Origin: Octopus vulgaris
Taxonomy: Eukaryota
Direction of reading: 5' to 3'
DNA: 64,000 nt
Assembly (NCBI GenBank): GCA_951406725.2
Contig: OX597827.1
Span: forward strand, 78,430,001 to 78,494,000
In this document: positions 60,751 through 64,000 of the stretch, one piece after another
Numbering within the stretch: position 1 is the first letter of the stretch
Layout of the letters: every line of letters begins with the position of its first letter
Program-made: the position numbers and the translations under genes
The notes under the pieces: model-generated
Told to the model about the DNA's origin: nothing
The model's database searches: none
Seen by the model: the letters and a program-made list of their open reading frames with translations, nothing else

Positions 60751-61755
60751 CAAATCTACCTAACAGTCCACTAACTATTCTACTCTACCTGTGTAAACTG
60801 TGGGTATGGAGGTATGGTATCTTCTATGTATATTTCCTATTTAGTATTGGGGAGGTTTCATTTATAAGAACATACTCCCGTATTTGTCTGAGTGTTGGGT
60901 CTTTTGGGTGTTTGGATAAGATGCAGATGTCAAGTTGACCCAAGTTGCCTCCATGGTGGTCTTTGGCATGTTGGAATATGGAGGATTGTTTTCTGTCGTC
61001 ATATTGTCTTAGATGTTCATTTATCCATTCCGCAATGCTCCTAGATGTCTCCCCTATGTACATCATGTTCATGTCTTTACAAGCACCTTCTATGCATCTT
61101 ATGCTGTAAACTACATTTCGAGTTCTACAGTTAATGCCAGGGTTAATCCTACATACCATGCAGTTATCACTGGTGCATATTGTATTCTCAAAGGGGTACG
61201 TCCTACACCTTTTTGATCTCCATGTGTCTAACACCCGTGGACATATTTACAAAGTCAGAAAACAGCACAGCTCCCATGACTTTCAGAAACATTTTTTCAC
61301 GCTAAGAGTTGCTGAAGCATGGAACAAACTGCTGGCATCAGTTGTTAGTTGTCGGAGCACTGCATCCTTCAAAACTTCCATGCTTTCTGAGATTCTCCAA
61401 CACTACACCTGATATTCTCCCCTCCATACACACACAAGCATGTATCTGACTCGTATACTGTTTGCTTTCCAGACATTTTTACATTACTGCATATACTTTA
61501 TATGCACTTTCTGACAAGTTGTGGTGCACCTGAGCACTGTATACAATAATTTCATTATTATTATTATTATTATTATCATTATAGTTGTGATCTGACAGAG
61601 TTCCCTGGCTTTTCAACAATCTTAATGTTGAGTTTGGTCTCCTTCAGAGCTTTTCTAAATCTAAGGGCTAGTTCTCCATGGGCTGTGGCCTCTACAAACA
61701 TCACCCCTTGATATTTGTCGGTTTTATACCACGTGTTCGCCCTGTTTGCTTTAAC
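60750..61755 (-). mobile_element. Penelope-like retroelement 3' fragment (GIY-YIG endonuclease), split by a CR1 insertion
   Basis: 61755-61580 reads NTWYKTDKYQGVMFVEATAHGELA...KIVEKPGNSVRSQL; 61204-60824 reads RTYPF...C-x4-C-x2-C...NVVYSIRC...YIGETSR...EH...RQIRE...LN. Confidence 0.85.
61206..61578 (+). mobile_element. CR1-type LINE 3' end
   Basis: NTRGHIYK...FFTLRVAEAWNKL plus (ATT)n tail; homologous to 1380-1833. Confidence 0.85.
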
Positions 61756-62034
61756 AGTAACAATTATTATTAAGGTGGCAAGCTGACAGAATTGTCAGAG
61801 CATCAGGGAAAAATACATAGTAGCACGGCTTCCAGTGCTTCGTGTTCAGAGTTCAACTCCCACCATGGTCAACTTCACCTTCCGTCCTTTTGGAATTGAT
61901 AAAATCAGCACCAGATGAACACTGGGGTGGGTGGGGTTGATGTAATCAACCTCTTGCACCCCCACCCACAAACTACAACCTTCAGCCAAAATTAGACTGA
62001 GTATTCTTCTTCTTATTATTATTATTGTTGTTAC

Positions 62035-62240
62035 TAAGGCGATGAGTTGGCAGAATCATTAGCATGCCAGATGGAATGCTAAATAGAATTACGTTCTGAG
62101 TTCAAATTCCACTGAGGTCGACTCTGCTTTTCATCCCTTTGGGGTCGATAAAATAAGTACCAGTTGAACACTGGGGTCGATATATTCGACTCATCCCCTC
62201 CCCCACAAAATTGCTGCCCTTGTGGCAAAATTTGGAACTT
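62035..62240 (+). mobile_element. SINE family A copy (another degenerate copy at 61770-61995)
   Basis: taaggcgatgagttggcagaatc...gagttcaaattcc...ggggtcgataaaataagtaccag. Confidence 0.75.
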
Positions 62241-62636
62241 ATTATTTATTATTACTGATCCAATGGTTTAATGGTTGAGAGATGATTGCACAAATTGTAG
62301 TGGCGACTTTGTGGTGGTAAACAACATCATTATTTAGCACTCATTGTGGTTTATGTTGTAGTAGTTCAGTGGTAAAGGATTCGGAGCAACAGAACACAGT
62401 CCGAACACACAAACCCCCACATCACACCGCAGCCAAATCTACCTCAAATCGCTCCGACCCCCCGCCTCCAGCGCCTTTAAAAATAGAAAGGATCATACTG
62501 ATTGATGTTGTTCAAGGTGAACTGAGCCTAGAAAAAAAGACGGAAGCGCCACGGATGGAACGCCTTGAACATAGGTCTGCTCGGTGAGAGGCTGATCTGG
62601 GACTAAACAACAAGCGCATACAAACACGTTATCTGT

Positions 62637-62674
<38 letters not shown>

Positions 62675-63554
62675 GGTGATGGAGGTGTTTTCTCTTGGGT
62701 CTGTTGGGGGATTTTCAGGTCAATAATACGTTGTTTACACGATGTTATATTAAAAAGAGGAGGATGCAACACACACACACACAAAGTGGTCAGTTAATGC
62801 GAGCTTTCAGACTTTAAGCGGATCAAAAAAAAATTACCCTTAGCTCAGCACACAACTATGTATGTATGTATATATATGCATGTAAAATGTTATTAGTCAC
62901 CTTTTATGATCAGTTCATCTCCCCTACACTACACACACACACGTGTATATACACACACACAGACGCTAATTTCACGGTGTGTGTGTATACGAATATGTGT
63001 ATATGTATGTATATATATATATATATGTGTGTTTATATGTATGTATCTCTATACTGCCTATATATTTTATGTATCCACATAAATGTGTACATCGTATTAT
63101 ATAAACTACATAAATACACACACAAAGTTCCTGTTTATATGAATGTTTTCATTTTTTTTTCCTCGTAAATATGTGTCTATACGTGAATCGTTAGCCACTT
63201 TCAGGTTGTTTACACACATAAATTATGTGTATATATATATATATACATACACACACACAGATATATATATATATATATATACACATACACACACACATAA
63301 TTTATGTGTGTGTATGTATATATATATATATATACACGCATACATCATGAGAGAAATGTCTTTGTGGCTACTGAGACACAGAGATGAATTAAACAAACAA
63401 TAAACTTGAATAATCATTGGAGGGTCTTGAATTAAAGGTGTAAGAAACCCCCATAAATACACACAAAACCCCAAATATGTTTGGGGTTAAAGAAGATTGG
63501 GAAGGAAAAGAATAAGGAGGAGAGGAAGAACAAGGAGAAGAATGGGAAGCTTAC

Positions 63555-63717
63555 CTAAAGAAACTTGTTTGATTCTCATTTGTCAAGAAGGTACATCAGT
63601 GGCCATAAACCAGTGACCGATTTACATGGTTGTCGTTATTGCATATTGATCCCTCACTTAAGAATAATCTATTTCTCCTTCTTCTTTACAGCAAACACAA
63701 AGCCCTGTCGCGGGTTT
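63555..63717 (-). other. Probable 5' UTR exon of ZNF gene 3
   Basis: Acceptor cctctcttttctccgacag (63720-63718) and donor TAG|GTAAGC at 63555/63554. Confidence 0.55.
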
Positions 63718-63892
63718 CTGTCGGAGAAAAGAGAGGATTTAAGAAAAGAGGCTTAAACGAGCGGATTATCTCATTTCTACAAACAATGGTAGACGAAGAA
63801 CCTTTCCCCGAGTCCTGTGTGGTTGCAGAATGAATCGGTTCGGCTGGACGAAGGAAGACGATTAAGAGAAGATGCAGGGAGGAAATACTTAC

Positions 63893-64000
63893 CTTGGAGT
63901 GTGCCCTGACCAAAACAGCAAGGTGTGGATGAAGAATAAAAGGGTTTGCGGGGCTCGAGGGGTGCCACAAAGGTTTGCTTATTTCTGCACATATGTGTTT
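63893..64000 (-). other. Probable upstream 5' UTR exon of ZNF gene 3 (may extend past the window)
   Basis: Perfect donor AAG|GTAAGT at 63893/63892; 175-nt intron to the next acceptor; CpG-rich surroundings. Confidence 0.55.

Overview
Eukaryotic, AT-rich, repeat-dense animal DNA. The SINE families, (TA/CA)n microsatellites and clustered single-coding-exon C2H2 genes suggest an octopus (coleoid cephalopod); this is inferred, not verified. Genes: the last coding exon of ornithine aminotransferase (+), three C2H2 zinc-finger genes (5713-7575 -, 36903-37973 +, 56441-58003 -), one orphan ORF with two C-terminal hydrophobic helices (46884-47867 -), and two identical tRNA-Lys(CTT) genes between apparently divergent Pol II first exons. 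The rest is SINEs, CR1 and RTE LINE fragments, two mariner relics, a Penelope-like GIY-YIG fragment, a Helitron, and hAT, piggyBac and Tc1 MITEs. Best lead: a 465-bp insertion (31283-31747, 6-bp TSD) made of about 1.3 copies of a 353-bp unit that carries a minimal type I hammerhead ribozyme with a palindromic stem III, i.e. a retrozyme-like or Penelope pseudo-LTR-like element. Other leads: a SINE module that repeatedly expands into 61-66 bp arrays (up to 25 copies), a strand-specific G-U-rich bistable hairpin, a hairpin array and YCAY cluster in a zinc-finger 3' UTR, and several nested or template-switch insertions. All calls are by eye; no alignment or folding program was run.
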